28,995 nucleotides of DNA from Gemmatimonadaceae bacterium (GTDB taxonomy: Bacteria; Gemmatimonadota; Gemmatimonadetes; Gemmatimonadales; Gemmatimonadaceae): contig JBBDYC010000012.1 in NCBI GenBank assembly GCA_040901985.1, forward strand, positions 56,456 to 85,450, written 5' to 3'. Made by a program: the position numbers and the translations under genes. Positions 26,773 through 28,995 of this stretch are shown piece after piece. Position 1 is the first letter of the stretch. Each line of letters opens with the position of its first letter. The notes under the pieces are model-generated. The model had not been told where the DNA came from. It did no database searches and was given only the letters and a program-made list of their open reading frames with translations.

Positions 26773-27792
26773 TCAATCGTCCTTCTGCCCGAAGACGGCG
26801 AGGTTCGAGGAATGGCCGGGATTCACCTTCTTCTCGGGATGCAGCCAGTGCACGGCCTGGTTGACCGCGATTGCCGACTCGCCGAACCCCGTCGCGATGA
26901 GCTTGAGCTTGCCGGGATAGGTGTTCACGTCGCCGGCGGCCCAGACGCCGGGGCGTCCCGTCTCCATCAGCTGGTTCACGACGATCTCGTCCTTCACGAT
27001 CGTCAGCCCCCAGGACGTGAGCGCCCCCATATCGCTCACGTAGCCCAGCATCGGCAGGACCACGTCGCAGGCCACGCGACGCGAGGCCTTGGCCTTGAGG
27101 TCCTTCAGCTCGAGCGCGACGATCCGCCCATCCTCGGCAATCACGTCGGCGAGCTCGTGGTACGTATGGACGGCGGCGCGGCCGGCGGCCACCGCCTGCA
27201 TCACCGCGTCCACGGTCGCCTGGTGCGCGCGAAAGCGGTCGCTCCGATGGACGAGCGTGATGGACGCGGCGACCCCGTCCAGCTGGTGCGCCCAGTCAAA
27301 CGCCGAGTCGCCGCCGCCGATGATGACCACCGTTCGGCCGCGATACTTCCCCGGGTCGAGCACCGCGTCGTCGATCCCGTGGCCGTACCACGGCTCGGCG
27401 CAGGCCTGTGGGAGCCGTCGCGGCGTGAAGGCGCCGATCCCCGCCGCGATGATCACCGCGCGGGTCGGAAAGCGGTCGGTCTCGGTGACGAGCGCAAAGA
27501 GTCCGTCGGCTTCCTCGAGGCCGACCACGTTCTGCCCGCAATGGACCGGCTCGCCGAACTGCCCCGCCTGCTGGACCATCTCCCGGACGAGGTCCTTGGC
27601 GAGGACCTTCGGGAACCCGCCGACATCGAAGACGAACTTCTCGGGGTAGAGCGCCGAGAGCTGGCCGCCCGGCTGGGGGAGCGCATCCACGATTTGCGCA
27701 CTCGTCCCGCGCATGCCAGCGTAGAAGAGCGCAAAAAGCCCGGTCGGGCCTCCGCCGATGATCGTGATCTCCTTGATGTCGTGGGTCGCCAT
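26773..27792 (-). CDS. Ferredoxin--NADP+ reductase, TrxB/YumC type
   Basis: IIGGGPTGL, GGQLSALYPEK, GGGDSAFDWA, YPGKLKLIATGFGE, C-terminal PGHSS; no CxxC. Confidence 0.92.
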   Translation of the reverse strand: MATHDIKEITIIGGGPTGLFALFYAGMRGTSAQIVDALPQPGGQLSALYPEKFVFDVGGFPKVLAKDLVREMVQQAGQFGEPVHCGQNVVGLEEADGLFALVTETDRFPTRAVIIAAGIGAFTPRRLPQACAEPWYGHGIDDAVLDPGKYRGRTVVIIGGGDSAFDWAHQLDGVAASITLVHRSDRFRAHQATVDAVMQAVAAGRAAVHTYHELADVIAEDGRIVALELKDLKAKASRRVACDVVLPMLGYVSDMGALTSWGLTIVKDEIVVNQLMETGRPGVWAAGDVNTYPGKLKLIATGFGESAIAVNQAVHWLHPEKKVNPGHSSNLAVFGQKDD

Positions 27793-27859
27793 CCATTGAA
27801 TTTCGCCCTGTGGCGGCCGTCCGAGCAACAACCGCCCCTCCCTCCCTGCCCCCGATTCC

Positions 27860-28852
<993 letters not shown>

Positions 28853-28869
28853 TGGCGCCGCGGCGGGGA

Positions 28870-28875
28870 TAGATT
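28870..28875 (+). promoter_or_regulatory. Putative -10 element TAGATT (leaderless)
   Basis: 6 nt upstream of ATG 28882. Confidence 0.55.
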
Positions 28876-28881
28876 CCCCCC

Positions 28882-28995
28882 ATGACCCCCAAGATCTACA
28901 CGAAGACGGGCGACGAGGGCGACACCGGGCTCTTCGGCGGTGCGCGGGTCCCGAAGGATCACCCGCGCGTCGTCGCCTACGGCGACGTGGACGAG
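28882..28995 (+). CDS. Cob(I)alamin adenosyltransferase, PduO type (truncated by window end)
   Basis: [38 protein letters not shown]. Confidence 0.93.
   Translation, partial: MTPKIYTKTGDEGDTGLFGGARVPKDHPRVVAYGDVDE

Noticed and set aside
11020..26864. Long alternative-frame and antisense ORFs (for example 11020-13572, 18423-20087, 22520-24814, 24321-26864)
   Set aside because: Shadow ORFs of well-supported genes, expected at high GC with biased third positions; Arg/Gly/Ala-rich with no motifs
26773..27792. Thioredoxin reductase call
   Set aside because: No CxxC redox motif; YPEK, KLKLI and PGHSS indicate a YumC-type ferredoxin--NADP+ reductase

Overview
GC-rich (about 70% by eye) bacterial core-genome window. 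Gene content and order suggest Gemmatimonadota, which is an inference. The + strand block at 105-10718 is yebC-ruvC-ruvA-ruvB-queA-yajC-def-fmt-rsmB-rpe-tlpA-tsaD-lgt. Several - strand blocks follow: a cytochrome c/FTR1 iron permease fusion; EamA-HAD-CYTH-hypothetical-acpS; an atypical NtrC-family regulator, an 8-Cys mini-protein and a P1 peptidase; and FNR-TamA-TamB-lipid kinase. A small + strand hypothetical gene, a Ser/Thr kinase and a truncated PduO-type adenosyltransferase complete the window. I found no tRNA, rRNA, CRISPR array or mobile element. Main unexplained signals: (1) a TANNTT hexamer 6-8 nt before many ATGs, suggesting leaderless mRNAs; (2) a Fur-box-like palindrome inside the first codons of the iron permease; (3) a probable CTG start for queA; (4) two orphan 3' gene remnants and a missing tgt; (5) a GAFTGA-less orphan response regulator next to a FYVE-like zinc mini-protein; (6) CTCCCAC heptamer repeats; (7) depletion of RTCGAY sites.
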